DNA of 37,465 nt from a virus (taxonomy: Duplodnaviria; Caudoviricetes): positions 1 to 37,465 of the IMG/VR virus record IMGVR_UViG_3300025608_000045; one strand, given 5' to 3'. Position 1 is the first letter of the stretch, and the number at the start of each line of letters is the position of its first letter. Positions 18,353-28,206 of this stretch are shown here, piece after piece. Position numbers and translations under genes: made by a program. The notes under the pieces were generated by a model. That model saw only the letters and a list, made by a program, of their open reading frames with translations. It was not told the origin of the DNA and made no database searches.

Positions 18353-19108
18353 ATGAAAATTAGCGTTAACAAAGTAGATCAAACGAATTTTATTAATTTC
18401 GTTAATCGTTTAAAGGTAATTGATACATTCATTTACTTCAAAATCAAAGATGGTATTGTTCAAGCTTCGGCTTATTTACCACAAAGAGATGCTGTAAAGC
18501 ACCATAGACTTCCATTAGGAGAGGTATTCCAAATTGAAGATGGTAATATTACAACAGACAAAGAATTAAAGATTGCATTTTTTGATGCTTCTCGTTTAAC
18601 TGATGCATTTAAGCAGTTTGATAGCGATTCTATACAGGCTGAGATTGAATTCTTAGAAAATGATGAGGATTGCGTTGCAACAGAATTCAAGATCTTTAAT
18701 GACGAATTAGAAATTACATTATCATGTTCTGAGCCTTCATTAGGTTATAAAGATCTTACAGATTCTCAAATTGAAGGTATCTTTAATGTTGATGCGGCAA
18801 ACTATGTATTCGATATGGATTACTCTACAACTTCAAAAGTTCGTAATCTTTTCGGATTAGACAAAGAAGAAACATTCTCAATTGCTGCAAACGGTGACGG
18901 TGTTAGAATGAAAGGAAAAACATACAATATGTTAGTAACTCCTGATTACGCTGGAACAAACCCACGTAAAGTAACGTTATTCAAAAAATATTTAAACCTA
19001 CTTGATAGAGAAGATTATTCTGCAAACGTAATGGACAATAGAGTTGTTTTAAGATCTAAGGATTCTGAAACATTATTAACTATTGCAACATGTCAAACTG
19101 CTGAATAA
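18353..19108 (+). CDS. Putative sliding clamp (gp45/PCNA-like)
   Basis: 251 aa, acidic, with a two-fold repeated beta-alpha-beta-beta-beta hydrophobic pattern. Sits directly upstream of the polymerase C-subunit. No diagnostic motif. Confidence 0.55.
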   Translation: MKISVNKVDQTNFINFVNRLKVIDTFIYFKIKDGIVQASAYLPQRDAVKHHRLPLGEVFQIEDGNITTDKELKIAFFDASRLTDAFKQFDSDSIQAEIEFLENDEDCVATEFKIFNDELEITLSCSEPSLGYKDLTDSQIEGIFNVDAANYVFDMDYSTTSKVRNLFGLDKEETFSIAANGDGVRMKGKTYNMLVTPDYAGTNPRKVTLFKKYLNLLDREDYSANVMDNRVVLRSKDSETLLTIATCQTAE

Positions 19109-19111
19109 GAG

Positions 19112-20308
19112 ATGAATATCGAAGAACTAATAAATAAACCAGAAGATGCTCTAACCCAAGACGAAATAAAAATCTTGGTAGAGCATTATTCTACTTTATC
19201 AGCAAAATATACCGCATATGAACAAGCGGTAAAAGTAATGTTGAACTCGATTTATGGTGCTTTCGGTAATAAGTGGTTTCACTTTTTCAATATTGACATA
19301 GCAGAATCTATTACACTGCAAGGACAAAACGCTATCTTATATTCTGAAAGAATTCTTAATAAGTATTTTCAAGAGTTTTGGGCAAAAGATACTGCGGTGC
19401 ATGAACATCTTAACATATCAGTAAAGACAAAACTTGTAAGACCCTCAGTAGTTTATATTGATACGGATTCATGTTATGTTCAATTTGAAGAAATGTATGA
19501 ATCTATTGAATGGTTAGGAGAAAAACTACCAATCGATAAATTTATAATGGAATTGTATAACTTTAGACTTAAGGATTATATAACTAAATGCATGACCAAA
19601 TATGCAGAAGCTACCAACACTGATAATTTCTTGTATTTTGATTTAGAAACTATTGCATATTCTGGAATTTGGTTAGCAAAAAAGAAATATCTGCAAAACA
19701 TAGCGTGGGAAGATAAATTAGGCATAGACGATAGATATCCTTCTCTTAAGAAGATTAAAACAATTGGTTTTGATACTATTCAAAGTTCTACACCTTCTCT
19801 TGCAAGAAAGCATTTAACAGAAGCTCTTAAATTAATCTTGTCTGAAAAACCAACAGCAGATTTATTAAAGAAGTTAGTTGATTACTTAAAACAAGGTAAG
19901 AAAGAATTTAAATTAGCGAATGTAGACGATATATGTTTCAATAAAAGAACTAATAATATACAAAAATACATTGTTGATGATACTGTAGAATTTCAATATG
20001 GTTTAAAATGTCCGCCAAATGTGAAGGCTGCTGGTTTTTATAACTTTTTAATGAATACAAATCCTAAATATAAGAACAAATATAAAATGATTAGCAATGG
20101 TGAAAAGTTAAAATTATACCATTGCAAACATAGTACATGCGAGATATTCGCCTATATGCCTGGTGACCATCCTTATGAAATAGCTCCACAAGTTGATTAT
20201 GAATTACAATTTGAAAAAAGCGTAATAGATCCATTAAACAGAGTGCTTAAGGCGGTTGGATTACAAACTTTAAATAGAAACTTAATTTATTCAACATCAT
20301 TATTTTAA
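19112..20308 (+). CDS. gp43B: Family B DNA polymerase, C-terminal subunit (fingers motif B, palm motif C, thumb)
   Basis: Q.VKVMLNSIYGAFG (motif B), ITLQGQ, YIDTDS (motif C), KKKY, GFDTIQSSTP, GEKLK. C-terminal STSLF. Confidence 0.93.
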   Translation: MNIEELINKPEDALTQDEIKILVEHYSTLSAKYTAYEQAVKVMLNSIYGAFGNKWFHFFNIDIAESITLQGQNAILYSERILNKYFQEFWAKDTAVHEHLNISVKTKLVRPSVVYIDTDSCYVQFEEMYESIEWLGEKLPIDKFIMELYNFRLKDYITKCMTKYAEATNTDNFLYFDLETIAYSGIWLAKKKYLQNIAWEDKLGIDDRYPSLKKIKTIGFDTIQSSTPSLARKHLTEALKLILSEKPTADLLKKLVDYLKQGKKEFKLANVDDICFNKRTNNIQKYIVDDTVEFQYGLKCPPNVKAAGFYNFLMNTNPKYKNKYKMISNGEKLKLYHCKHSTCEIFAYMPGDHPYEIAPQVDYELQFEKSVIDPLNRVLKAVGLQTLNRNLIYSTSLF

Positions 20309-20310
20309 TT

Positions 20311-20514
20311 ATGAAAATTACAAACAAGACAATTTCAGATCTATCAAACAAATACCCTAATAACTCTGAACTAGGAGAAGTTATTAGAAAAATATCTTGG
20401 AAATTACAAGAAGACAATGTAAATGATGCATATGTCGACCCTAATCAAATAACAATTGATGATGTAATTAACGAGGTACAACAAAATAAAACAGATGGAA
20501 CAACTAGATTATAG
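20311..20514 (+). CDS. Hypothetical protein
   Basis: 67 aa with KYPNN.ELG..IR and PNQITI; tightly packed in the operon. Confidence 0.65.
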   Translation: MKITNKTISDLSNKYPNNSELGEVIRKISWKLQEDNVNDAYVDPNQITIDDVINEVQQNKTDGTTRL

Positions 20515-20683
20515 TACACTAAATACTGAACAGAAAGAATTTGTTCATAAATACAAAAAAATTCACGATAGGCTTAAAGAACTTCAAGATAGTATGGATT
20601 CAATTCAAACCGAAACTAAAGATCTATTAAACCAATTAGGTGACTTAAGAAAAAAAGAAAATAATATATTTAACAATGGCTAA
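20495..20683 (+). CDS. Small coiled-coil hypothetical protein
   Basis: 62 aa with a heptad pattern; overlaps both neighbours. Confidence 0.65.
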   Translation: MEQLDYSTLNTEQKEFVHKYKKIHDRLKELQDSMDSIQTETKDLLNQLGDLRKKENNIFNNG

Positions 20684-21785
20684 AAAAGATTTTACATTCG
20701 ACGACCTAAATAAACAACTAGCTGATTTAAACCCACTAGGATCTGTTATGGATAAATCAAACTTCTCAGAAGTTACTGAATGGATCCCTACTGGAAACTA
20801 TCATTTAAATGCATGTGTTAGCGGCTCCCTTTTTGGAGGATGGCCAAACAATAGATCATGTTCAGTTGCGGGTCCTTCAGGAACTGGTAAAACATTCCTT
20901 ACCTTAAACTCAGTACGAGAAGCAATTAACATGGGTTATAGCATAATTTATTATGATTCAGAAGCTGCTGTTGATAAAGACCAAATGATTAAATTTGGAA
21001 TCGATATTACTAAAGTAAATTATCAACCAATTAACACAGTTCAAGAGTTTAGAACTTCAATCACGACGATTACTCACAAAATGCAAGAAATTAAAAGATC
21101 TGGAGGAGAAATTCCAAAGCTTATGATTATTCTTGATTCTGCAGGTAACCTTGCTACTCAAAAAGAAATTGATGATGCTGCAAGTGGAAGTGAAAAGAGC
21201 GATATGACTCGTTCTAAAATTCTTAAGTCTATCTTTAGAATTATAATGACACCGTTGGCTGATTTAAAGATTCCATTTATCTTTACAAACCATACGTATC
21301 AATCACAATCTTTTATCCCAATGCAAATTGCAGGTGGAGGAACTGGACCAGAATATGCAGCATCTATCGTATTAATGTTAAATAAGGCACAGTTAAAAGA
21401 TGGAGCAGATAAAGTAGGTATTATTGTAACTGCGAAACCTTCAAAGAATCGTTTTGCAAAACCAACTCCAATTAAATTCCACCTAAACTTTAGTGAAGGT
21501 ATGAATCCATACGTTGGTTTAGAGCAATACGCTACTTGGGATATTTGTGGAATTACAAAAGGTACTATTGAAAAAGGTAAGAAAGTTCCTAAAGCCAGCG
21601 CAAGAGGTTGGATTTGTGAGCATCTAGATGAAACAGTATCTAACAAAGATTTTTTCACTGAAAAAGTATTCACAAGAGAAGTATTAGAAAGAATCGAAAC
21701 ACACATTAAACCATTATTTAACTATAATTCAGAATCTAGTTCTTTAGATATTGAAGAAATGTTAGAAGACGCAAAAGCAGAATAA
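20676..21785 (+). CDS. uvsX: RecA-like recombinase UvsX
   Basis: IPTG...LNA..SG, Walker A GPSGTGKT, YDSE, IILDS.GNLAT.KE..DA, DMTR.K, TNHTY, GGG.GPEYAAS, KNRF. Confidence 0.92.
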   Translation: MAKKDFTFDDLNKQLADLNPLGSVMDKSNFSEVTEWIPTGNYHLNACVSGSLFGGWPNNRSCSVAGPSGTGKTFLTLNSVREAINMGYSIIYYDSEAAVDKDQMIKFGIDITKVNYQPINTVQEFRTSITTITHKMQEIKRSGGEIPKLMIILDSAGNLATQKEIDDAASGSEKSDMTRSKILKSIFRIIMTPLADLKIPFIFTNHTYQSQSFIPMQIAGGGTGPEYAASIVLMLNKAQLKDGADKVGIIVTAKPSKNRFAKPTPIKFHLNFSEGMNPYVGLEQYATWDICGITKGTIEKGKKVPKASARGWICEHLDETVSNKDFFTEKVFTREVLERIETHIKPLFNYNSESSSLDIEEMLEDAKAE

Positions 21786-22096
21786 TGGAACTAAACATCG
21801 GAAAATTAAACGAAGATAAGTTGCCCATTAAGTACATTCTTGGAATTCAAGAGGAACTTGATGGGTTTCCTGATGCGTTCGATATTATCCATATATACGC
21901 AACAGAAACTTTAAAAAGACCAGAAAGACCAAGAACTAGTTTTACTAAAAACTCTTTAATGAATTACCACGCTGCTGGAAACATAGATAACGCAGAAGCA
22001 GGATTAAAACAGGCAATTCAACTCGGTTTAATAGAACAAACTAACGAACAAGAGGGTAAAGAATCATATACAATAAAAATAAATCCATTTCAATGA
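21785..22096 (+). CDS. Hypothetical protein (possible winged-helix)
   Basis: 103 aa with a C-terminal helix-GLIE-beta hairpin pattern; translationally coupled on both sides. Confidence 0.6.
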   Translation: MELNIGKLNEDKLPIKYILGIQEELDGFPDAFDIIHIYATETLKRPERPRTSFTKNSLMNYHAAGNIDNAEAGLKQAIQLGLIEQTNEQEGKESYTIKINPFQ

Positions 22097-22674
22097 TAGC
22101 AGTATTCGACGATTTCATCAAAGATGAACAATTATTAAAAGACATAGCAGAAGACAAAACTTTTTTCCAAGATCCAGGAGTATATTACTATTGGAAGGCA
22201 TGGTGGAATGAAGACAATGCACATAATTCAGTTAAGAAAAGAATTATTGAATATGTGTGGAGACATAACTATCCATTAAGTAACATGTATGATATCGATG
22301 GTTTTGAATATTGGACCGGAGTACAAGAGGCAGATCCAAATGGTAGATTTAGAAACTATTTAGAAATGCATTATGACGACGATGTAGCATACAGACAAGC
22401 TACTGGCAATAGAATGAGCCCAACAATTGGGTGTGTATATTATCCAGCAGGTTCTGATTTTACTGGAGGTGCTTTAGAAGTTTATACGGAAGGAGAGGGC
22501 AAAACGCCAGATACTATATTATGTAGACCAAATAGATTAATAATATTTGATGCAGGTCACGTTCCACATAAGGTAAATCAGGTATTAACTGGAACAAGAA
22601 AAGCAATGGCATTTAATTTATGGGGAGAAGAGCCATGGTCTTATGGTCAAGGAAACTTTTCTAGTGAAGAGTAG
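22093..22674 (+). CDS. 2OG-Fe(II) oxygenase (prolyl-4-hydroxylase-like)
   Basis: HYD (HxD), FTGGAL, PNRLIIFD...PHKV (distal His), RKAMAFN (2OG-binding Arg). Confidence 0.85.
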   Translation: MIAVFDDFIKDEQLLKDIAEDKTFFQDPGVYYYWKAWWNEDNAHNSVKKRIIEYVWRHNYPLSNMYDIDGFEYWTGVQEADPNGRFRNYLEMHYDDDVAYRQATGNRMSPTIGCVYYPAGSDFTGGALEVYTEGEGKTPDTILCRPNRLIIFDAGHVPHKVNQVLTGTRKAMAFNLWGEEPWSYGQGNFSSEE

Positions 22675-22685
22675 GCTAGGTTTTA

Positions 22686-22714
22686 TTAAACTAAACCAAT
22701 AAAACTTATATAAC
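22686..22714 (+). promoter_or_regulatory. Class A promoter TTAAAC-N17-TATAAC
   Basis: Exact 17-nt spacing upstream of the helicase. Confidence 0.7.
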
Positions 22715-22732
22715 CTACATAAAACAAAACAT

Positions 22733-24046
22733 ATGAAATTCGGACCAGAATTTGAAAAATTATTCTTTAAATTATCTCTTGCTAAACCAAAATATTTAGA
22801 AAAGATTCAAAAAGGATTCTACACTTCAGAAGAAATTGACATAATGAATACGCTTGCAAAGAAGTTCCATGATAAATTTCATGAAACTCCTTCGAAAGAT
22901 CAAATGCTTATGTTGGTTAATAGTGATAAGGTAAAAGGAAATGTAGAAGAATCCTTAATGGAACTCGTATACAATACAGATCTTACGCAATATGATGACG
23001 AGTGGTTAACTTCGACGATAGAATCTTGGATTAAATGGAGTAATTTTAATTCAACTCTATTTGATACAATCGAATACATCAAAACAACTGAAGTTACTCC
23101 AGATAATGCAGATTCTATTATCTCTAAAGTAAAAACTTTAATTAATGATAGAAATTCAATCGTATTTAATTCTGATATTGGTCTTGATTTCTTTAATGCA
23201 GAAGATCACTATAGCGAAAAAAGAGAAAAGGTTTCTACAGGGTATCAATTCTTAGATAGAGTATTATCCGGTGGATATGATAAAGATGGTTCATTAGTAG
23301 TTTATGTTGGTGAACAAAATATTGGTAAATCTATATACTTAGCGAATGATGCTGCTAATTTTGTTAAAATGGGAGTTAACACTGCATTTGTTTCAGCGGA
23401 GATGGCAGCGCATAAAGTTCTAAAAAGAATCGGAGCTAATATGTTAACTATCCCAATGAATGAATATGACCAAAAGGCTAAGAATAAAGATTTAATGAAA
23501 AGAAAGCTTGAAGCTGTTGGTGATGGTTTAACTCCACCTGGTCAATTATTTGTTAGACAATTTCCAACATCACAAGCAACTGTACCCGATATTGAAGCGT
23601 ATTTAAAGCAAATAGAAGAAGAAAGAAAAATAAAACTAGGATGCGTTGTTATTGATTACATTAACATCTTAGCAAATTATAGAAATCCAAATTCTGAAAA
23701 TATGTACTTAAAGATCAAGCAAATTGCTGAAGATTTAAGAGCAATGGGAGTAAGAAACGGATGGTTAATAGTAACAGCAACTCAAATCAATAGAAACAAT
23801 TATAATTCAAGTGATATTGGAATGGGTGATGTTGCAGAGTCTGCTGGTCTCTCGCATACTGCAGATTTAATGCTTGGAATTATCCAGGATGATATGATGC
23901 GAGCCTCTAATGAATATTGGTTAAAAATATTAAAAATTAGAGATGGTGAAGGTAAGGGTGTTAAGTGTAAACTAGACATCAATTATAACTATATGAGACT
24001 TCATGAAACAGATGAGGTATCAAATTCAAATATACACAGCTTATAA
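22733..24046 (+). CDS. gp41: DnaB-like replicative helicase (T4 gp41)
   Basis: STGY..LD...GG, GEQNIGKS, SAEM, VIDYINI, AEDLRA, TATQINR, AESAGL.HTAD, KIRDG. Confidence 0.92.
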   Translation: MKFGPEFEKLFFKLSLAKPKYLEKIQKGFYTSEEIDIMNTLAKKFHDKFHETPSKDQMLMLVNSDKVKGNVEESLMELVYNTDLTQYDDEWLTSTIESWIKWSNFNSTLFDTIEYIKTTEVTPDNADSIISKVKTLINDRNSIVFNSDIGLDFFNAEDHYSEKREKVSTGYQFLDRVLSGGYDKDGSLVVYVGEQNIGKSIYLANDAANFVKMGVNTAFVSAEMAAHKVLKRIGANMLTIPMNEYDQKAKNKDLMKRKLEAVGDGLTPPGQLFVRQFPTSQATVPDIEAYLKQIEEERKIKLGCVVIDYINILANYRNPNSENMYLKIKQIAEDLRAMGVRNGWLIVTATQINRNNYNSSDIGMGDVAESAGLSHTADLMLGIIQDDMMRASNEYWLKILKIRDGEGKGVKCKLDINYNYMRLHETDEVSNSNIHSL

Positions 24047-24489
24047 TGAGAACAAAAAGAGATAAAATATTCGATAACACATTCGAAGACGGAGAATTCG
24101 AATTAGACCCTACTTTAAAATTCGAAGTAGCACCAAGCTACATGGATAATAGAGATGAGGAAGATAAAATTGAATCAGGTATTGTAAGAGACACAATACA
24201 TAATTTAATTATTGTTTCTAGATTTAATCAATTTAATAATATTGATGAGTTTCAACAAACTATTAAATTAAAGAAAATCGAAATCAATGAAGTGTACGAA
24301 TATATTTCAGATGAAATGAGAGCAAAGCACTCGATAATCGAGATCTACTCAGAATTGTGCGATTACTTTAACATTAATCCAACTAAATTTTATGCTTCTC
24401 TTGGAAATAAATTTAAAGAAGAATTAATAGAAGCACTAGATAAAAAAACGAACGTTCTTAAAAAGAAGAACATAAACAGACTTTTTTAA
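24046..24489 (+). CDS. Putative gp33-like late-transcription co-activator
   Basis: The C-half SIIEIYSELCDYFNIN...LGNKFKEELIEA...NVL parallels the helical core of gp33 as recalled. Ends NRLF (clamp-binding-like). Confidence 0.45.
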   Translation: MRTKRDKIFDNTFEDGEFELDPTLKFEVAPSYMDNRDEEDKIESGIVRDTIHNLIIVSRFNQFNNIDEFQQTIKLKKIEINEVYEYISDEMRAKHSIIEIYSELCDYFNINPTKFYASLGNKFKEELIEALDKKTNVLKKKNINRLF

Positions 24490-24490
24490 T

Positions 24491-25603
24491 ATGATTAATC
24501 AAGAAACACTTGATAAACCAGTTAAAAGAATTTGGATTTTAGGAGACATGCACCTTGGTGTTAGATCCAGTTCTTTAGAATGGTTGGATATGATGAAAGA
24601 TTTTTATGACAATCAATTCATTCCAACACTTCTTGAAAATTATCAAGACGGAGATATATTAGTACAAGTAGGCGATGCGTTCGACAATAGACAAAGTATT
24701 AATATAAGAGTTTTACATTACGCTATAGATCTTTTTGAAAGACTCGGTAAAATACTGCCAGTACATGTTATTGCGGGTAACCACGATATATGGGCTAAGA
24801 AGAGCAATGAAGTTACTTCAATTGACACTTTAAAATGGATTCCAAATGTTGCGATTTATAAAGAATCAAAAACATTTAATTGGGGAGGTAAAGAAGTTTT
24901 ACTGATGCCATGGAGAAGAGACACTGATCATGAAAAAGAAACTCTTGCAGAATTCCCAAATTCAAATATAGTATTTTGTCATTCAGAGGTTAGAGGTATT
25001 AAATTAAACAAAAAGGTAGATAATTTCCATGGTGTAGAAGCTTCTACGTATGATAGATTTGATGCGGTTTACTCAGGACATATTCATTATAGACAACAAA
25101 GAGGTAGATTAAGAATGGTTGGTACTCCATATGAATTAACAAGATCTGATATGGATAACACTAAAGGATTTGATCTGGTTAATTTAGAAGACATGTCAGA
25201 GACTTTCTTTGAAAATACTATATCACCAAAATTTGTTAAGTTCTATTTAACCCAGTTGTACAATGTGCCTTTGGGTGAGTTTAAAGATGCGATTAAAAAC
25301 AACTATGTTGATTTATATATTCCATCAAATATAGCTACGACATCTGCTCTTTCAAGATTAATTAATAAAGTACAATCAATTAGTAGAAAAATAGATCCAA
25401 ACATATATGAACAAGACACGTTCTTAGATAAAGACATGTATGACATGGACGAAATAGAGGATCTATATAAGAACTACAATATATTGCATTTATGTAATAT
25501 GTATGTTGATAATCTTGGACACTCTAGTGATGTTAAAGATCAAATTAAAGCACGTCTAAGGAAACTTCATGACTTTTGTGCATATAACTATGAAATAGAC
25601 TAA
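24491..25603 (+). CDS. gp47: Recombination nuclease subunit, Mre11/SbcD-like (T4 gp47)
   Basis: GDMHLG, GDAFDNR, GNHD, CH.E, SGHIH, GTPYELT.SD. Confidence 0.92.
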   Translation: MINQETLDKPVKRIWILGDMHLGVRSSSLEWLDMMKDFYDNQFIPTLLENYQDGDILVQVGDAFDNRQSINIRVLHYAIDLFERLGKILPVHVIAGNHDIWAKKSNEVTSIDTLKWIPNVAIYKESKTFNWGGKEVLLMPWRRDTDHEKETLAEFPNSNIVFCHSEVRGIKLNKKVDNFHGVEASTYDRFDAVYSGHIHYRQQRGRLRMVGTPYELTRSDMDNTKGFDLVNLEDMSETFFENTISPKFVKFYLTQLYNVPLGEFKDAIKNNYVDLYIPSNIATTSALSRLINKVQSISRKIDPNIYEQDTFLDKDMYDMDEIEDLYKNYNILHLCNMYVDNLGHSSDVKDQIKARLRKLHDFCAYNYEID

Positions 25604-25604
25604 T

Positions 25605-27278
25605 ATGAAAATCCAAAGTATTGAGCTAAAGAATTTTGCAAGTTACGGTAACAAAATTCAAAAAATAGAATTTAGTGATGATTCTTCTGAATTATTTTTA
25701 ACTCTAGGTAAAAACGGTGAAGGTAAAACAACTATTGCTAATGCGATAGTTTTCGCTCTTTACGGGAAAGTAGAGGGAGTTAGAATGGCAGATCTTCCTA
25801 ATAGAATTAATAAAGAACTTTGGGTTCGTATTAAACTTGAATGCAAATCTACAAAAATAATTATTGAAAGAGGATTAGCTCCTGGAATTTTCAAAGTAAC
25901 TTTAAATGGAGTAGAATTTGATAAAGCTGGTAAAAAATCAGTTCAAGATTATTTAGAAGAAGAACTGTTTGGAATTCCATATCATGTATTCAAAAACATT
26001 ATCATATTATCCGTAAATGATTTTAAGTCTTTTTTAACTATGACTAATAGCGACAAGAGACAGATTATTGACCGCATGTTTGGTTTCTCTATTCTTAATG
26101 AGATGCAACAATCAATTAGAGAAGAAAGAAAGGGATTAAAGACAGAATTAGACATATATTCTCAAGAACTTAATCAATTAAACGAAAATATAGTTTCAGT
26201 AAATTTAAAGCTAAATCAATTATTAGTAGAAAGTGCTGAAAAAGACCAAAAGAAAATTCAAAGTTTAAAAGATTCTCTTGTTAAGTATAATGAAAATAAG
26301 ATCAAACTTGAAGAGGCTCAACAGAAAATATCAACAAGTATTGGGACTTTAACAAGTGATCTTCAAGAGAAGCAAAGCGATTATTCTAGTTTAAAATATA
26401 AATTAGAATCTTTGCAAAAGAAACTTGACTTATATGAAAATAATACATGTCCTACATGCGAGAGCGAATTGACTGGAGACTTTCATGATTCTCGTAAAGA
26501 GATAATTAAAGAAGATATTGAAAAGCTTCCTATAAAAATGAAGGAAGCAGAATCTCAAGTCCTTAAAATAAAAGAAGAAGTAGCAAATCTTAGAGATAAA
26601 GATCGTTCGGTTAGAGACAAGGTATCTACATTAAACACAAATATAAGAAGTTTTAAGAATGAATTGATCGCGATTAAAGATTCTTTAAACGGAACTGCTG
26701 ATTTTTCTCATCTCGAACAAATCATTAGCGACTTTCAAATTCAAGAAAAAGAAAAAGAAGTTCTTAAAGATTCTAAATCTGTAGAATACGGATTTTTAGA
26801 ATATGTTGAAGAAGTTTTAGGAGAAGATGGCGTAAAGAACCTTGCAATAAAAACTATATTGCCTGGACTAAATGCCAATATAGCAGCGATGACACAAACA
26901 ATGCACTTACATTTCCATATTAGATTTGATGAAAAATTCAATTGTGTAATTAATCATTTAGGAGAAGAAATTAACCCGTTAACACTTTCAACTGGTGAAC
27001 GTAAGAAAGCCGACTTTATTATCATTATTGCAATTATAAAAATATTAAAATTAAGATTCCCACAGCTAAACCTATTATTCTTAGATGAGTTATTAAGTTC
27101 AGTAGACGCTGATGGTGTTCATAATATTCTTAAAATATTAGGCCAGGTAATTAAAGAAAGTAAAATAAACACTTTTGTAATTAACCACTCTGTGTTACCA
27201 CACGAACTATTCGACAAGAAAATACAAATCTATAGAGAAAATGGTTTTTCTAAGTTTGATATTGAAGCTATAGAATAG
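25605..27278 (+). CDS. gp46: Recombination ATPase subunit, Rad50/SbcC-like (T4 gp46)
   Basis: KNFASYGN, GKNGEGKTT, coiled coil with CPTC zinc hook, LSTGE signature, LFLDE, VINH. Confidence 0.93.
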   Translation: MKIQSIELKNFASYGNKIQKIEFSDDSSELFLTLGKNGEGKTTIANAIVFALYGKVEGVRMADLPNRINKELWVRIKLECKSTKIIIERGLAPGIFKVTLNGVEFDKAGKKSVQDYLEEELFGIPYHVFKNIIILSVNDFKSFLTMTNSDKRQIIDRMFGFSILNEMQQSIREERKGLKTELDIYSQELNQLNENIVSVNLKLNQLLVESAEKDQKKIQSLKDSLVKYNENKIKLEEAQQKISTSIGTLTSDLQEKQSDYSSLKYKLESLQKKLDLYENNTCPTCESELTGDFHDSRKEIIKEDIEKLPIKMKEAESQVLKIKEEVANLRDKDRSVRDKVSTLNTNIRSFKNELIAIKDSLNGTADFSHLEQIISDFQIQEKEKEVLKDSKSVEYGFLEYVEEVLGEDGVKNLAIKTILPGLNANIAAMTQTMHLHFHIRFDEKFNCVINHLGEEINPLTLSTGERKKADFIIIIAIIKILKLRFPQLNLLFLDELLSSVDADGVHNILKILGQVIKESKINTFVINHSVLPHELFDKKIQIYRENGFSKFDIEAIE

Positions 27279-27279
27279 G

Positions 27280-27291
27280 GATATATAAATA
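27280..27291 (+). promoter_or_regulatory. Class B late promoter GATATATA (overlapping TATAAATA)
   Basis: GATATATA 27280-27287 and T4-type TATAAATA 27284-27291. Confidence 0.7.
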
Positions 27292-27313
27292 AGAAATAAA
27301 ACACAGAACTTAA

Positions 27314-28171
27314 ATGGCATCATATAACCTAAAATTCAACTCAGATGATAGTGTCTTTAGACATGTAATTATCGGCCTTTTAGCTGATTTAAATAACAAG
27401 TTACACTTTTATCGTCAGATGGATAATGATACGAGAACAATTATTGATGTTCCTTTTTATTATTCAATAACTGGAGATGATCAGTTTTTAAGAGATCAAT
27501 TCTTATTCGTAACTCCATCCGGACCTAATTGTTACCCAGATGCTGGTTTTGCAGACGGTAATTATGATGTAATTCCAAGAGGATTAGTAAATTTAACTTC
27601 AATGTCAGTCGATTCTGGTAAATTAGTTAATAAAAGAACCGTTGGTAATTACACAAGAATGGATGAAAATGGAGCGATGCAAGGATATGTTTCAGAATTC
27701 GAAATGATACCAATCAATTTAAGTGTAGATGTTGAAATTCTAGTCAGTTCTACATTGGACGCATTTAAGGTAACTGAAGCAATTATTAAAACATTATACA
27801 AATCTAATTATTTTAATGTAGAGGTAGGAAACTTAAATGAAGGTACATATAGATTAAGTTCATATTATGCAATGCCAGACGATTATGGTAATGAAAGACC
27901 ACTTGAATTTACATTTGAAGACAAAGACAAATATAAAATAGTATTTCCAATCGAGGTAAACACATTCCTACCTAACTTCGACAATGGAGATTACGGTAAA
28001 TTAAATGGAGTAGATAAAGATGGCAATAAAATATACGGAAACAGTAAAGAACTTCATGTTGGAAATAGAATGTTTGAAATAACCTCAAATTCCACTGTTA
28101 AGGTTAAGGATTCTATTAAAGAACAAACAGATGTGATTAAATTAAATGAATCTGACAAACTTAGAGATTAA
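27314..28171 (+). CDS. T4 gp15-like tail sheath stabilizer/terminator
   Basis: FR...GL...L...R...IDVPFYY...IPR..V.L.S...D...PINL.VDVEI......DAFKV.E.I follows the gp15 pattern. Confidence 0.6.
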   Translation: MASYNLKFNSDDSVFRHVIIGLLADLNNKLHFYRQMDNDTRTIIDVPFYYSITGDDQFLRDQFLFVTPSGPNCYPDAGFADGNYDVIPRGLVNLTSMSVDSGKLVNKRTVGNYTRMDENGAMQGYVSEFEMIPINLSVDVEILVSSTLDAFKVTEAIIKTLYKSNYFNVEVGNLNEGTYRLSSYYAMPDDYGNERPLEFTFEDKDKYKIVFPIEVNTFLPNFDNGDYGKLNGVDKDGNKIYGNSKELHVGNRMFEITSNSTVKVKDSIKEQTDVIKLNESDKLRD

Positions 28172-28175
28172 AAAA

Positions 28176-28183
28176 GATATATA
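28176..28183 (+). promoter_or_regulatory. Class B late promoter GATATATA
   Basis: Recurrent octamer 24 nt before the ATG. Confidence 0.7.
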
Positions 28184-28206
28184 TTAAAAATAGAAAAATA
28201 AAAATT

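Noticed and set aside
14316-19112. Intron or split intein joining the two polymerase halves
   Set aside because: There are no intein N-terminal Cys/Ser block or C-terminal HN motifs and no homing endonuclease. The interval holds ordinary genes with their own promoters and terminators.
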